Positions 1 through 10,543 of a DNA stretch of 64,000 bases are shown here, one piece after another; position 1 is the stretch's first letter; each line of letters opens with the position of its first letter. The position numbers were made by a program, and so were the translations under genes. Source of the stretch: an uncultured Collinsella sp. Lineage in GTDB: Bacteria; Actinomycetota; Coriobacteriia; Coriobacteriales; Coriobacteriaceae. The notes under the pieces were generated by a model, which was not told where the DNA came from, ran no database searches, and saw nothing but the letters and a program-made list of their open reading frames with translations. The stretch lies in contig CABQLI010000003.1 of NCBI GenBank assembly GCA_902464965.1, forward strand, positions 93 through 64,092, given 5' to 3'.

Positions 1-443
1 ACCTTGGCGAAACCGTCTTCGGTGAAAGCGCCATTATTGAGATCGTCGTAGCGCGGTTTCCCGTTCTCATCACAGACGACCTCGGCGATGCCGTCAATCA
101 GATCGGGGTGCCGGTCATCGAAGATGGCAACGATATGGACGACGGTCGGCTTCTTGCCATCGGCGCGAATGGACACGCTGAACTCAATACCAGGAAGCAC
201 TTTGTTTAGGCAGCCATCCCCCTCCCTCTCCTTCAAAGCGAAGTAAAGGTCTTTGTCAAAGCAATCGTGGTCAGTTATTGCGCACATGTTGATGCCATGA
301 GCCTCTAAACCGCGAAGCAGCACGTTAACATGGTCTTTGTCGCAATCGGAAAGTTCCTTCTTGCCTTTGTCCTTTGTGACGACACTTGCAGCAGAATGGA
401 TATGGAGATCGATTTTGGTCGGCTTCGTGACTATGCGTTCCAA
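1..443 (-). CDS. PHP-domain protein, N-terminal part (runs off window start); possibly a PHP-ATPase (Ppl/TrlF-like) defence protein
   Basis: Not in the ORF track. Manual translation from TTG at 443 (AGGAGG upstream) gives MERIVTKPTKIDLHIHS...AITDHD...LPGIEFS...HIVAIF, the canonical PHP metal-binding motifs. Confidence 0.8.
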   Translation of the reverse strand, partial: MERIVTKPTKIDLHIHSAASVVTKDKGKKELSDCDKDHVNVLLRGLEAHGINMCAITDHDCFDKDLYFALKEREGDGCLNKVLPGIEFSVSIRADGKKPTVVHIVAIFDDRHPDLIDGIAEVVCDENGKPRYDDLNNGAFTEDGFAK

Positions 444-960
444 TTGCACCTCCTATGCTGTCCGGGCGATTTGCCTATCGCCCAACATTGATATTACATG
501 GCCGATTGTCCATCTTGGACGATAGGCCGGTTATATGAACCTCTCATGCAAAACTCCTTCGTCCCTATGATAATCCCATCCCTCGATGCGGATAAGATAC
601 TAATCGGCCTTTAGCCTCATTGTTGACAAGCTCGTTGACACCGGCTTCCGCCTTTGATGTCAACTTCATTCGACGGCTCCCTCAATGGTCTCCAAGCAAG
701 TGCGAATGCCACCCATGCGGTTCCATGCGTCCCAGAATCTCACAGTACCTAAAAGTGCAAGTTAGCGCCGGTCCGGAAGAAAGGTTTTGGGGTGATCATA
801 TTTTGAAGAAAGGTACTCTGCTTCATTCCCAGCGCGAAAACGCATATGGCTAGTACGTCAGATGTTGCATGCGCGAAAAGGGCAACGCTCCCTATCCGGA
901 AGTGTTGCCCTCAAAGCTTCAACAGAGTTCTTGTATTGCAGCTAAGTGCGTTGCGCCGCC

Positions 961-2046
961 TCAGCAGCGATATGCGGCGGCTAGAAGCGTTGTTCCAAGC
1001 AAGAAAAACGTAAAGGAGGCTGCGATCCAGTTGCTGTCGCCGGTCTTGGGGAGTGTCACGGTGGCAGCCTTGGGCTTGGCGACTTTAGCGACCGTGGTCT
1101 TGGTTACTGTCGTTGTTGTCTTGGTTGTCGCGGCCGTGGGTTTCAGCTCGGGATTTGCCGTGGGCCCTGTGGTGGGCTCTCCGGCAGTGGGGTTAGCATC
1201 GGCGGGAGACTTGTCCGCGCTATCGCCCGGTACCTCGCCCCTGTCGGTCTCCCCTGCCGGAGGCGTGGCCACATCGGGCTCAATCACTACATGCGGTGCC
1301 ACCGCACCGGAGGCATCCAACACGCCGCTAGCACCAAAGGCTCCGCCGGCAGGCGTCACAAACCGTGCGGACACAAGCGACCCGCCCGTGCACGCAACGA
1401 CGCCATCGGCACCGGCCGCATCAAGCCAAGAGGCGTCGACGGAAAGCCGACAGCCGGCCGCGCCAGCGCCAAGGCCCGCGTCCTGCAGGTACGTGCCGTA
1501 GGCGCGCACGCCCGCTCCGGACCCTGCGCCCGCGGCAACGACGCGCCCGCCGCCGCGCACGGCCATGTCGCCGACGATCACGCCGGCGACCGCCTCGTCC
1601 GTAATATCGGCCCCGTCCGCCCGGGCATCGACGATGCAGCCGTCCACCACGAGCGCCCGCGAAACGTGGATCCCGCACTGCGAGCCCGTCGCCGCTAGGG
1701 TTCCGGTACCGCGAAGCGTCAGGTTGCCCCACACCTCCATGCCGCACAGCGTGATGTCCGCATCGGGCGCATGTGACTCCGTCACGGAGTTTTGCCCGGC
1801 AAGCGTCAGCACCAGGTCGCCTTCGGCGCCGATGGCCTCGCCCGCGTAGCCGTTAAGCTCAAGGTGGTCGGCATCGGTCCAGGTCCAGCCGGGGCCCGAC
1901 ACACCCGGCTCGTAGTACGTCGCGTCCGCGATGATGAGGCTCTCCGCACCCGCGGCATAAGAAGGCCCGCCCAGCAAAACGCATAGGCAGGCCATGGCAA
2001 CAATCGCAATGTAATGACGGCTGGTGTAGGACTCGGCAGCAAACAT
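961..2046 (-). CDS. Sortase-anchored (LPXTG) cell-surface protein with Thr/Pro-rich stalk
   Basis: N-terminal signal-like hydrophobic stretch, T/P/K-rich linker, and C-terminal LPKTG followed by a hydrophobic segment. ATG at 2046 has GGAG upstream (track starts at 2109). Confidence 0.8.
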   Translation of the reverse strand: MFAAESYTSRHYIAIVAMACLCVLLGGPSYAAGAESLIIADATYYEPGVSGPGWTWTDADHLELNGYAGEAIGAEGDLVLTLAGQNSVTESHAPDADITLCGMEVWGNLTLRGTGTLAATGSQCGIHVSRALVVDGCIVDARADGADITDEAVAGVIVGDMAVRGGGRVVAAGAGSGAGVRAYGTYLQDAGLGAGAAGCRLSVDASWLDAAGADGVVACTGGSLVSARFVTPAGGAFGASGVLDASGAVAPHVVIEPDVATPPAGETDRGEVPGDSADKSPADANPTAGEPTTGPTANPELKPTAATTKTTTTVTKTTVAKVAKPKAATVTLPKTGDSNWIAASFTFFLLGTTLLAAAYRC

Positions 2047-2264
2047 ACCCGCTCCGATCTTCGCAGGAGCCAATAGAATGTGCACCAGAAAATGCCCTGG
2101 TAGCAGCACTTATTAGTCTAGCGAGATCGGGCGAGTGGCAAACGAATTACCTGTAAACGAACTCGGAAATTAGGCGTAAATCGTTTTGCCAGTCGGTGAA
2201 AGGAGGGGCCGAGCCCGGCATGGGGTCGCAGGCTACCAAGGGTACAGCGCCAACCAACGACGCA

Positions 2265-2633
2265 TTAGCTCTGACGCTCCTTAAAGATTCGCAAAGCTTT
2301 CTCTAGCTCGGGAATATCATCGACGATTACTTTCCAAGCAAGGGACCGATCAACCTCTCGATAACCGTGCGCTACGAAGTTGCGAAAACCCCTAATATCA
2401 TTCCAGGGATACTCCGGGAAAGCCGATTGGACCTCATCAGAAAGATGGAGCGCATCCTCAGCGATTCTGTAAACGGGGCTCATGATCGCGTCGTAGGCAA
2501 GTTCGCCTTCCTCGCTCCTATCGCAAACAAAGGAACTCTCCGTGGAGCCAAAATGGTCGATACGTTTAGTCAGCGTCTCGCAGTCAGACAGAATGACATC
2601 GATGAGCTCAGCGTCTCGCTTACGCCGCTTCAT
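2265..2633 (-). CDS. hepT: HepT-like (DUF86) HEPN ribonuclease toxin
   Basis: PWNDIRGFRNFVAHGY (RX4HXY motif); its ATG overlaps the end of the upstream MNT gene. Confidence 0.9.
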   Translation of the reverse strand: MKRRKRDAELIDVILSDCETLTKRIDHFGSTESSFVCDRSEEGELAYDAIMSPVYRIAEDALHLSDEVQSAFPEYPWNDIRGFRNFVAHGYREVDRSLAWKVIVDDIPELEKALRIFKERQS

Positions 2634-2919
2634 AAAGACGCACCTCATCCTGTTCAATGTTTTTGCGAAAAGCCGGACGCATGTGCTCGGGCGGATTAGT
2701 CACAATCTCAACCTCTCGCCCAAGTTCCTCTTCGAGTTCAAGGGACAGTTCGTATAGCGCGCCAAACGTCATGCTATCTCCGCAAACAAGACGCAGGTCG
2801 ATATCGCTATCTGGTGTCTGCTCGCCGCGGGCAAAAGAGCCGAACAGATAGGCTTCGCGGACGTCATAACGAGACAGTACGCGAGAAACAGCAGCGGATA
2901 TGTCGACAAGAGTAATCAT
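2620..2919 (-). CDS. mntA: Minimal nucleotidyltransferase antitoxin (MntA-type)
   Basis: LFGSFARGEQTPDSDIDL (GSX10DXD); 99 aa; immediately upstream of HepT. Confidence 0.9.
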   Translation of the reverse strand: MITLVDISAAVSRVLSRYDVREAYLFGSFARGEQTPDSDIDLRLVCGDSMTFGALYELSLELEEELGREVEIVTNPPEHMRPAFRKNIEQDEVRLYEAA

Positions 2920-3020
2920 GTCTTAATTTTACTTACCGATTGCACGGAAGGCAATTCTAACGCGTCTGGTCCACAGGCCGGCGTTATTAGATGTTGAGCC
3001 AGATAGCAAGTTGAGCCGCC

Positions 3021-3752
3021 TTACGCGTCGTGGCTTTCTGGAGTCGTATCGTTTAGGTTGGCAGCGTTGTTAGGGCGAGCAGATTCCTCCGTAGCCATGC
3101 GCGTTAGGTTTTTGCGAATGGCATCAAGGATTTCCGGGCTGAGACCTTTGGATTTAAGACGGCTCAGAGTGGCATCTATATCTAATAAATCGCTTGCGGC
3201 GAGTTTCACGGTTATGCATTTCCCCGTCTTCGGATCCTTATGTATCAGGGCATAGATAACATCATCATCTGCTACGGCTTCCACCATGCTTATCCACTCC
3301 TTAATGCTGCAATAACACAAGCGATTTTCATAGTCGTTATCGGATACAACAAAAAAGCCGAGCACACGATTTGCATTATCGTATGAAAACGCCACAACAA
3401 CTGCGGAATGAATGAGCTGGTTCGTGAGCTGTCGTAAAGAAATGGACGAGGACGTGGGGCTAGCTAAGTCGAAGTATCGTTCGTCGATAAAGCGTTTATC
3501 TAAGGGTGAAATATTTTTCTAAGCGTCCTTCTTTGCAGAATAAAAGTCGACTTTTAGATTACATGAATCAAAACCGTCGCTTAGCTTGTTTGCATCCAAG
3601 AGCAAGCGAACGGTAAAGGCGGACAACAGAAGAGCCTTTTCCAGTCGATAATCACGGTGCTTGTCTTCCAGAGTAGTGCATGTGGAAAAGTCACTTGACT
3701 CTTTTGCGTATGACCTTAAGTCATCTTTCCAATAACATGATTCGTAGACCAT
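3021..3752 (-). pseudogene. Hypothetical ~243-codon gene interrupted by one in-frame TAG at 3519-3521
   Basis: Track ORFs 3519..3803 and 3021..3395 are in the same frame, and the sequence between them reads open (KNISPLDKRFIDERYFDLAS...LRQLTNQLIHS). Confidence 0.75.
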
Positions 3753-3821
3753 TTGATGAAACTCGCTCTCTTCCCGTGTGCTTGACGCAATGGAATGAAG
3801 CACACGCTTGATTGACTGTTG

Positions 3822-4910
3822 CTATTCAGATCCTTGCGTCCCATTTCTAGCAGCAAGCCATGCTTCGTGTTGTTCCTCTGCGGCGGCTTGAGACGATGCC
3901 CAGTTTTCTCTCAGTTTTCGATCTTCCTCTACAATGGCTCTGCTAATGACCCGTGGATAATTGCTCTTGATATTAGGTATCTTCTTTTTAGAAAAGATAT
4001 GTCTATAAGCGCCCCTATATATTGCTTGGTTAATTAGTTCGCATTGCCTGACGCTGAGCTGCTCCGGAATATCAAACGGAAGAGCTCCAACTTCAGTAAA
4101 TAGAGCAGCATCAGGGGTTAGAGGGAGAACCAACGTTACGTTCCTTCGACCAAGCCCAATTCCATCTACTTCAATTTTGTTGTCTTTATATGCCCCAAAA
4201 GCGATGGCGGGATTGTCAGATGTGAGAAAGAAATGCTCCCTTGGCGGCCTAACTATTGTCCAATTAAAGTTTCTAACTCTGTTGCCGACGCTCCCGTTAA
4301 CAAAAGAAGCAATCGAGGAAAGGAAACTAGCTCGCCCCAATACAATCGAAGACGTAACGGTGCCCGTCTCAAAATCGATATCGGCTTCAATTGGTTGAAC
4401 GGGAAATGGATAAAATTGCTCGGGCTTATGAGCAACCGGGTGTGCAATCCCCAGCTCTTTTTCATAAAAATATTTCGACACGATATTTAGTATTTGATTA
4501 GTGATTTCCTCAAATACCTCTTCGGTCAGTTTGGCGTTCTTTATCAAATAAGCAGGCGTTCGAAAATGCTGAATCAGCCAGAAGCCAACCAGACAATTAA
4601 TGTCATTCTTTGAGAGCGCCGCCCCAGAGCTGATCTTTCTTAGGATCGCGGATGCCGGTGCCTCGTATTCATCGCAAAAATAATTTTCGATATCGTCGAC
4701 ATCGGACCCTGCGGTTCGTTGTGTGTATAGGTCATTCCAAGTGCACGCCGTCTTTAATGATGTCGTACGCCAAGTCTTCTCCCTATCATCTTCTACAACT
4801 AACTTGTAATCCCATAGCGAATTGCCGTTAGACGACCAATTGCGTAAGTAAAACTGTGGTACAAAATGGTTATGATGCGTGACTTGCTTATTATTGGTAT
4901 TCGGGCTCAT
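3822..4910 (-). CDS. DUF4238 domain protein
   Basis: N-terminal HHNHFVPQFYLRNW, plus FLTSDNP and LPLTP motifs; GGAGG RBS. Confidence 0.85.
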   Translation of the reverse strand: MSPNTNNKQVTHHNHFVPQFYLRNWSSNGNSLWDYKLVVEDDREKTWRTTSLKTACTWNDLYTQRTAGSDVDDIENYFCDEYEAPASAILRKISSGAALSKNDINCLVGFWLIQHFRTPAYLIKNAKLTEEVFEEITNQILNIVSKYFYEKELGIAHPVAHKPEQFYPFPVQPIEADIDFETGTVTSSIVLGRASFLSSIASFVNGSVGNRVRNFNWTIVRPPREHFFLTSDNPAIAFGAYKDNKIEVDGIGLGRRNVTLVLPLTPDAALFTEVGALPFDIPEQLSVRQCELINQAIYRGAYRHIFSKKKIPNIKSNYPRVISRAIVEEDRKLRENWASSQAAAEEQHEAWLAARNGTQGSE

Positions 4911-4955
4911 TAAAACCTCCTTTTAGCTTCACAGAGAATCTTTTAAGGGGCAGCG

Positions 4956-6950
4956 TTACCGTTTGCGGCAATCAGCAAGGTGCTCCCCATACATCGGCCA
5001 ATCAATTAACTCTAAGTCTCCTCCATTCCCGGTGTAACGGATAAGCTCTTCGCTGATCTTTAAAGGGATTTCGATAAGCAGCGTGAGAAACAAATAGTAG
5101 TCTCTTGCGAACTGGCTGGAATTGGGGTCGTCAACAGGTGAGTTGCCATGGTCGTAAGAGTTTCGAAGGGCTAAAGCATTTGAATGGATCGCATTATTGA
5201 ACATATAGTTCAAGTAAGATGCTTCGTCTGGTGAAAATAAGGCGTCGCTATATTTCAGATATCCTTGCTTTACCAGCTCGTGAGCTCCATCAATAGTTGC
5301 TTTCGAACAACGCCAAAGTGGGTATGCGCTCGAATCCCAAATCTTCTTTAAATAATGGGCTTTTTTGGAAGGCAATAAACGCCCGTCTTTATCAGATTCA
5401 GCTAAAAAGCCCTTGTTTACTAGCGATTCAATTGCCGATCGGTAATCTCCGTCGTAATCGTCGACATGGACCACATGTTTATGCAGCAAGTCCCAAAGGT
5501 TGTCTTCTGAGCTTTTGATGCGGGATGCGAAGGCAAGCAATGATTGATCCCAAAGCAGAGGTTTCGCCACTTCGTCATAGTGTTCACCCCTAATTACGTA
5601 TTTATTTCTATGCAATGATTTAAAGTCAGAAAATAACTTGAAGTTTTCAAATCGAAAATAGTCCGGATTGATTGTGTGCTTTTTTGAATATAGTGAGTAC
5701 GCCTTTAGTGCACGTTCAAGCTCCGGGCCCATGGCCTTGCATTTATCAAGGTACGAGCATCCGGTTGCTGGTAAAGAGATTGAGAAACCCCCAATCCCGA
5801 GTTCTTTAGCAAAATAGACGTTATAAGTCCATCCAATTGCATCTTCCAAGCGTCTACCATTTCTTTCAAGAAGCTTTGCATATAGGGCCGTTTCTTCTAG
5901 TAGAAGATCCTGACGCATTTTAAAGAATATGTTGTTGTCGTATTCGTCCTTGGCACGCATACCAAAGGTTTTCATCAGGGTAGATTCATCGTGTTCGTGG
6001 GCGGGACAAGTCAGAAGCCCCCGCTCATCTAAATAATCAAAGACGTACGCGCAGTTGTTCATTATGGTTGGAAAATCAAGATAGCGACATAGCCACTCTT
6101 CACCAAAGAAAGTCTTAAGAGTATTTCCATCCACATAGGAATCTTTGCATGCAATTTGGTTGCCGCTAATCGAAGATTCAATACCGTATTCAATGCTCCC
6201 AGTCTCATCAAATAGCTGTTTGCTTAATTCCTCATAGCGCCTTTTGGCCTTTATGCGAACTTCGATTGAAGGACTATAGTCTTTTGCTGCTGCACTGGGC
6301 CAGTTCATGAGAACTTGGACATAATTTAAATTTGGATTGTTCCCTGATAGATAGATTAGAACAATTTCATCGATATCGTGTCCGGTCAAGGATGATGGTA
6401 GATATATCTTTTCTTTAGAGCGTCCATCTGCCCCAAAATGCCCAACGACTATACTCACTGCGGCGTCTGTATTTTCCAACAGCGCAGTTCTGATTTGTTG
6501 GTCAAACTTACGTACTAACCCATAGTGGGACATTACATTTGAGATGCAAAGCGAGTGACGGCTCAGCAATTTTTCAAGTTCATCGGGATTAATTTTTTCA
6601 TACGCTTTAGTTGAGGAAACGAGATTCCAAAACTTTTCGATGTATTGCCATTCGACGTTTTCATAAACAGCTAGAAGTGCAGTATTTGTTAAGGCAGAAT
6701 GTATAAAGAAGCATGCTTTGCCATATAGCTTATTTAGAATACCGGCTATATCGAGGTCCATATCAACGAAGGCTCCGGGTACGCATTCAATTACTTTCTT
6801 AGTTTCACCGATCTCAATGGCATCGTTAATTGTCTGAATTTGATGGCTTTCGCCATCCATTATTATCTCTTTACACCTTTCGATTGAGTGATATGTTCCA
6901 TAGTCATTAGGTCCATAACAGGAGACTCGAGAGTGGTTAACTAGTTCCAA
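4956..6950 (-). CDS. Hypothetical 664-aa protein with C-terminal HEPN-like RxxxxH motif
   Basis: Long intact ORF; LRNSYDHG near the C-terminus; defence-island context. Confidence 0.6.
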   Translation of the reverse strand: MELVNHSRVSCYGPNDYGTYHSIERCKEIIMDGESHQIQTINDAIEIGETKKVIECVPGAFVDMDLDIAGILNKLYGKACFFIHSALTNTALLAVYENVEWQYIEKFWNLVSSTKAYEKINPDELEKLLSRHSLCISNVMSHYGLVRKFDQQIRTALLENTDAAVSIVVGHFGADGRSKEKIYLPSSLTGHDIDEIVLIYLSGNNPNLNYVQVLMNWPSAAAKDYSPSIEVRIKAKRRYEELSKQLFDETGSIEYGIESSISGNQIACKDSYVDGNTLKTFFGEEWLCRYLDFPTIMNNCAYVFDYLDERGLLTCPAHEHDESTLMKTFGMRAKDEYDNNIFFKMRQDLLLEETALYAKLLERNGRRLEDAIGWTYNVYFAKELGIGGFSISLPATGCSYLDKCKAMGPELERALKAYSLYSKKHTINPDYFRFENFKLFSDFKSLHRNKYVIRGEHYDEVAKPLLWDQSLLAFASRIKSSEDNLWDLLHKHVVHVDDYDGDYRSAIESLVNKGFLAESDKDGRLLPSKKAHYLKKIWDSSAYPLWRCSKATIDGAHELVKQGYLKYSDALFSPDEASYLNYMFNNAIHSNALALRNSYDHGNSPVDDPNSSQFARDYYLFLTLLIEIPLKISEELIRYTGNGGDLELIDWPMYGEHLADCRKR

Positions 6951-7409
6951 AATAATCCCCGCCTTGTTTTAGCAGAATCCCATTACTAGTCTAGCTAGCC
7001 ATGCGGACATAATGATTGAAGGACAAATCGCATTGAGTGATCTTGCCGCATCGCCTGTGGCTAGCGGTGCAAATTCCTTCAACCGTTTCACTTTGGGCAT
7101 AAGTACTCTGGACATAAGTAATTCGAAAAATTGAGGGGTATCGAAAACCGAAGATATCCATCTCTTCAGCACTCAATGGTTTCCCGAGCTGCTAAAAGTC
7201 GAAAGAAGTTTTAGAAGTAAGCTCAAATGCAGCAAACAGACCGCAGAGTCGATTTACCAGATGCCAAAAACAATTGCCGCCCAGCGATAATATATTGAAA
7301 GAATAATAAGCGGACCTTTTCTGACATCGGCAAGTCGAAGGCAGTTCCGTTCGTTTCACAAAAGCTAAGATAGGAGTACGCCATAGACACCACAACATCG
7401 ACCAAATGG

Positions 7410-8150
7410 TTGACAGACGTCACAGTTCACTCGCAACAATACTCCGACAACCTTTACCACTTCGACAAGGGGCCCGACAGAATCGTAAGCGCCCTCACCC
7501 GAAGGGGACTAACCTTAAATTACGTCGTCGAGGACTTGTCTTTTCTTGGCGTTGAGCAAATCGGCAAAGTTGCATTTCCGATGATCTGCTTTTGCGATAT
7601 CGTCCCGGAGAAGAATCGGCTTAAACCGCACATGGATCAATACGGATCATACGGCATTGGGCTAAGCAAGAATTGGGGCAGAAAGAACGGCGTCCAGCCC
7701 GTTCATTACATCCTTCCAACATCGCCCTACGCGCGGGACTTCAGTCAAGCGATAATTGCAGCATTCTCTGCAATTGACAGCCTGGATACCGAGCCCGCAA
7801 ATACACTATGTGACTTTCTCGTCACCAACCTCGCTTTTGCCAAGCCATTATGGGGCAGCAACAACGGGACTAATTATTGCTTCGAAGACGAATGCGAGTG
7901 GCGCTTCATCCCTTCAGACATCGCAACGGGCATGCCGCGGTTCCTTCCTGAGCCCAAAGATGAGATGTTGGACAATTACCGTCGAACGCTTTGGATGCCC
8001 TCGACCTATCTGCTCAGTTTCTCCTACGGTGATGTCAGTGATATCTTCGTTCCCGAAGGAGAGGCGTCTTCATTGCTTAAAGCGATCAACGAACTGGATG
8101 CCACACAGGAAGAAAAGCGAGTCTTAAAGACAAAGGTGAGGGAGATATAA
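7410..8150 (+). CDS. abiGi: AbiGi-family abortive-infection antitoxin
   Basis: FPMICFCDI, YGSYGIGLSKNWG, QPVHY and DECEWRF motifs. Confidence 0.8.
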   Translation: MTDVTVHSQQYSDNLYHFDKGPDRIVSALTRRGLTLNYVVEDLSFLGVEQIGKVAFPMICFCDIVPEKNRLKPHMDQYGSYGIGLSKNWGRKNGVQPVHYILPTSPYARDFSQAIIAAFSAIDSLDTEPANTLCDFLVTNLAFAKPLWGSNNGTNYCFEDECEWRFIPSDIATGMPRFLPEPKDEMLDNYRRTLWMPSTYLLSFSYGDVSDIFVPEGEASSLLKAINELDATQEEKRVLKTKVREI

Positions 8151-8152
8151 CC

Positions 8153-9333
8153 GTGTACGGATCATTCAAAGATTTCGCACAGCCAAGCAAGGGGACGCCC
8201 ATTCCGCAGCAAATGATCGACTATTTCAACTCGACGGTACCCAATACATTCGAATACAGGAAGAGCCGACCTGACGATCAAATTTGTGTCCTAGTCCCCA
8301 AAGATGGAAGCGCGCTCCAGATGGAGAAGCTCAGGCCTATGCTCACTGAAAAACAAGAAAGAATGGTAAATGGACAAATAACCTTCGAGACCGTAAAAAA
8401 ATGATGGACAACACGCTCGAAGAAGTCGAATTCGATGGGAGCGGGGCGAATCTCAACTTAGACGACGAGCAGATTTCTTTTGGATATCTAATCAGGACCG
8501 TAGAAGACAACCAAGCGGCAAATGCGGCAAGGCTGCTCGCACGCAAAGAACCTTTGCGAATCGAAATGCCGCTGAAGTGCGACGGGGAGCACCTCACTGT
8601 CCCCCTTATCCAGCAGCCGTCGGATTCAATAGACATCCTTAATTTCAGAAGCGATACGGGAGCACTTGCCGTAAGCATGAGCATTAACACCGCAGGCCAT
8701 ACGATTGACTATAAATGTGATTTCAAGAACTCGAACGAGCCGAATGCCAGAAGATGTCTGACGGCAGCGGTTATCGCCGACGGGTTGAGAACGGGCAAAA
8801 CCGTTATCGATGGATTCGGAGAGATCAACCAGACCCCGGACAAAGACGACGGTCGCAGGATTGGTCCATTCTGGAAAAAGGTGGTTGATGTCGAGGATGC
8901 GCTTGGGGTCACGTTCCGGGCAAGCGAACCGCTCGACAAAGCGACGCTCGCCCATGTCGAGCGCTTGCACCGTTGCATCTGCGAGGGAAAAGCAGTCGGG
9001 CTTGGATTCAAGCCCGACTCGATAAGCATAAAAATCGAAGGCGAAGCGCCAGATTGCGAAGGGACCACTTGTAGGCTGTTGTTTCCGCGAAAAGAAAACT
9101 TGACGATTTTCGGAGAACAATTCACGGTTTATTCGAACGTCGGGTTGCAGGGAATAACCCTAGGGCAGCCCGAGCTGGTTGGCGATGGAGAATACAAGGT
9201 GCCGATTACGTACATCGCTGACTACCAATGCTCTATTCTCTACCTAGCCGCTAACCCCGAAGGAAATAACGGCAATGCCGAAAGGGTTTCCGAGATATTG
9301 TTCGAAGCATTGCCCGAAGGCAGAAGATACTAA
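8153..9333 (+). pseudogene. AbiGii-like toxin split by a 1-nt frameshift in an A7 run (8395-8401)
   Basis: Starts 2 nt after abiGi. ACC GTA AAA AAA TGA: one extra A joins the 83-aa and 310-aa ORFs (TVKKMMDN). The N-terminus (FKDF..IPQQMIDYFNSTVPNTFEY) resembles AbiGii toxins, from recall. Confidence 0.65.
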
Positions 9334-9543
9334 CGCTTCCGATGAATTAGAATGCCCAGAACAAGCCGGCTTGATTCCGGGAAGCTCGTTCAACAATCAA
9401 AGAAGGCTCCGAAACCCCATGGTCACGGAGCCTTCGCTGCATCAACGGAAGCGCCGCCTCAAATACTCCTGCGACTGCGAAAAGCGCCTGTTAGTTCTTG
9501 ATTGCCTTTTGCCATCAAGATTTTCAGCATTGGACAGCTTAAA

Positions 9544-10176
9544 TCACTTGACATTATCCCTAATGGGCTCTCCAGTTAGAGGAGATACCCTTGTCATTTT
9601 TGCAGTCGCTTCTTCTAAAAAGGAATTTGGCGTTGCGCCAGAATGTATCTCGTATTTCTTCCCTGACACGTCAAGAGCATAGAAAGACAAGGGCGCATCA
9701 AGGTCGAAAATGCCTAGTTCCTTTCGTTCTTTTTGAATCGCCTGCAGCCTTATAAAACTAATTGCGAAACTCCCAACTTCGCCCGGCTCCAATTTCATTA
9801 CACTACTTAAGGGGTGTAGCGTCCAGTACTTTGATTTCCTTAGATTTGGGATACCTCTACCCGGCATCCCATATTCGCGGATATGCATTCTTGATTTAAG
9901 CCAGCCTTTAGCTCCGCGCGCGTTTTTCTTAAACCTAGCCCCCTCGATAACATGTGTGATGTACACCGGTTGATTTCCGTCGCATAAAAATTCAATGTTG
10001 AAACAGTTTGGATGGTGCTCGAACAAATCATAATGATCATCTTCAAAAAATATTCCACGCGCATAAATGCTCGTCTTGCGTTCGCTGCAGCCCATTACTA
10101 ATGCCACGAGAGCCGCAAAGAATGTAGCCACTGCGCACAGCAGCGATCCTACTGCGGATATAGCCTGCCAGTCCAT
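9544..10176 (-). CDS. Hypothetical protein with N-terminal membrane anchor
   Basis: MDWQAISAVGSLLCAVATFFAALVALVMG hydrophobic start; GAAAGGA RBS. Confidence 0.7.
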   Translation of the reverse strand: MDWQAISAVGSLLCAVATFFAALVALVMGCSERKTSIYARGIFFEDDHYDLFEHHPNCFNIEFLCDGNQPVYITHVIEGARFKKNARGAKGWLKSRMHIREYGMPGRGIPNLRKSKYWTLHPLSSVMKLEPGEVGSFAISFIRLQAIQKERKELGIFDLDAPLSFYALDVSGKKYEIHSGATPNSFLEEATAKMTRVSPLTGEPIRDNVK

Positions 10177-10543
10177 TAAGATTCCTTTCGTTGCTGACGC
10201 GACTGCTCAAAGCCAAACTTATCAAATTAAAGATGGGATTCATGAAGTCGGCGATCAGCCCGTCACCCTCTACCGCGGCACTCTCCCAGAATGCCGCGTC
10301 TATAATTTCCTGTAGGTCATCGTGTCTCTCGTTCACCTCAATGGTCCTCCTATCGTCGGCACGTTGGCACCACCGGCGTAGTGGCGGCGGAGAAGTGCAG
10401 TGGCCATTGTCCAGTGACCGGGATTGGTCAAAAAAGCTTGACCATCAGTGGCTAAAAATGTTTGACGCTAACAAAGCAGTTCTCGTTTACATTAAACAAG
10501 CCATTTCAATCATGGAATGGAAGTTGCTTTTAGGCACGCTAAA

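Noticed and set aside
869..1501. 210-aa plus-strand ORF with a Val-rich hydrophobic stretch
   Set aside because: It is the antisense reading of the Thr-rich stalk of the LPXTG gene.
10043..10336. 97-aa ORF with an AGGAGG RBS
   Set aside because: It overlaps the 9544..10176 gene by more than 130 nt and has no recognisable motif; at most a gene remnant.
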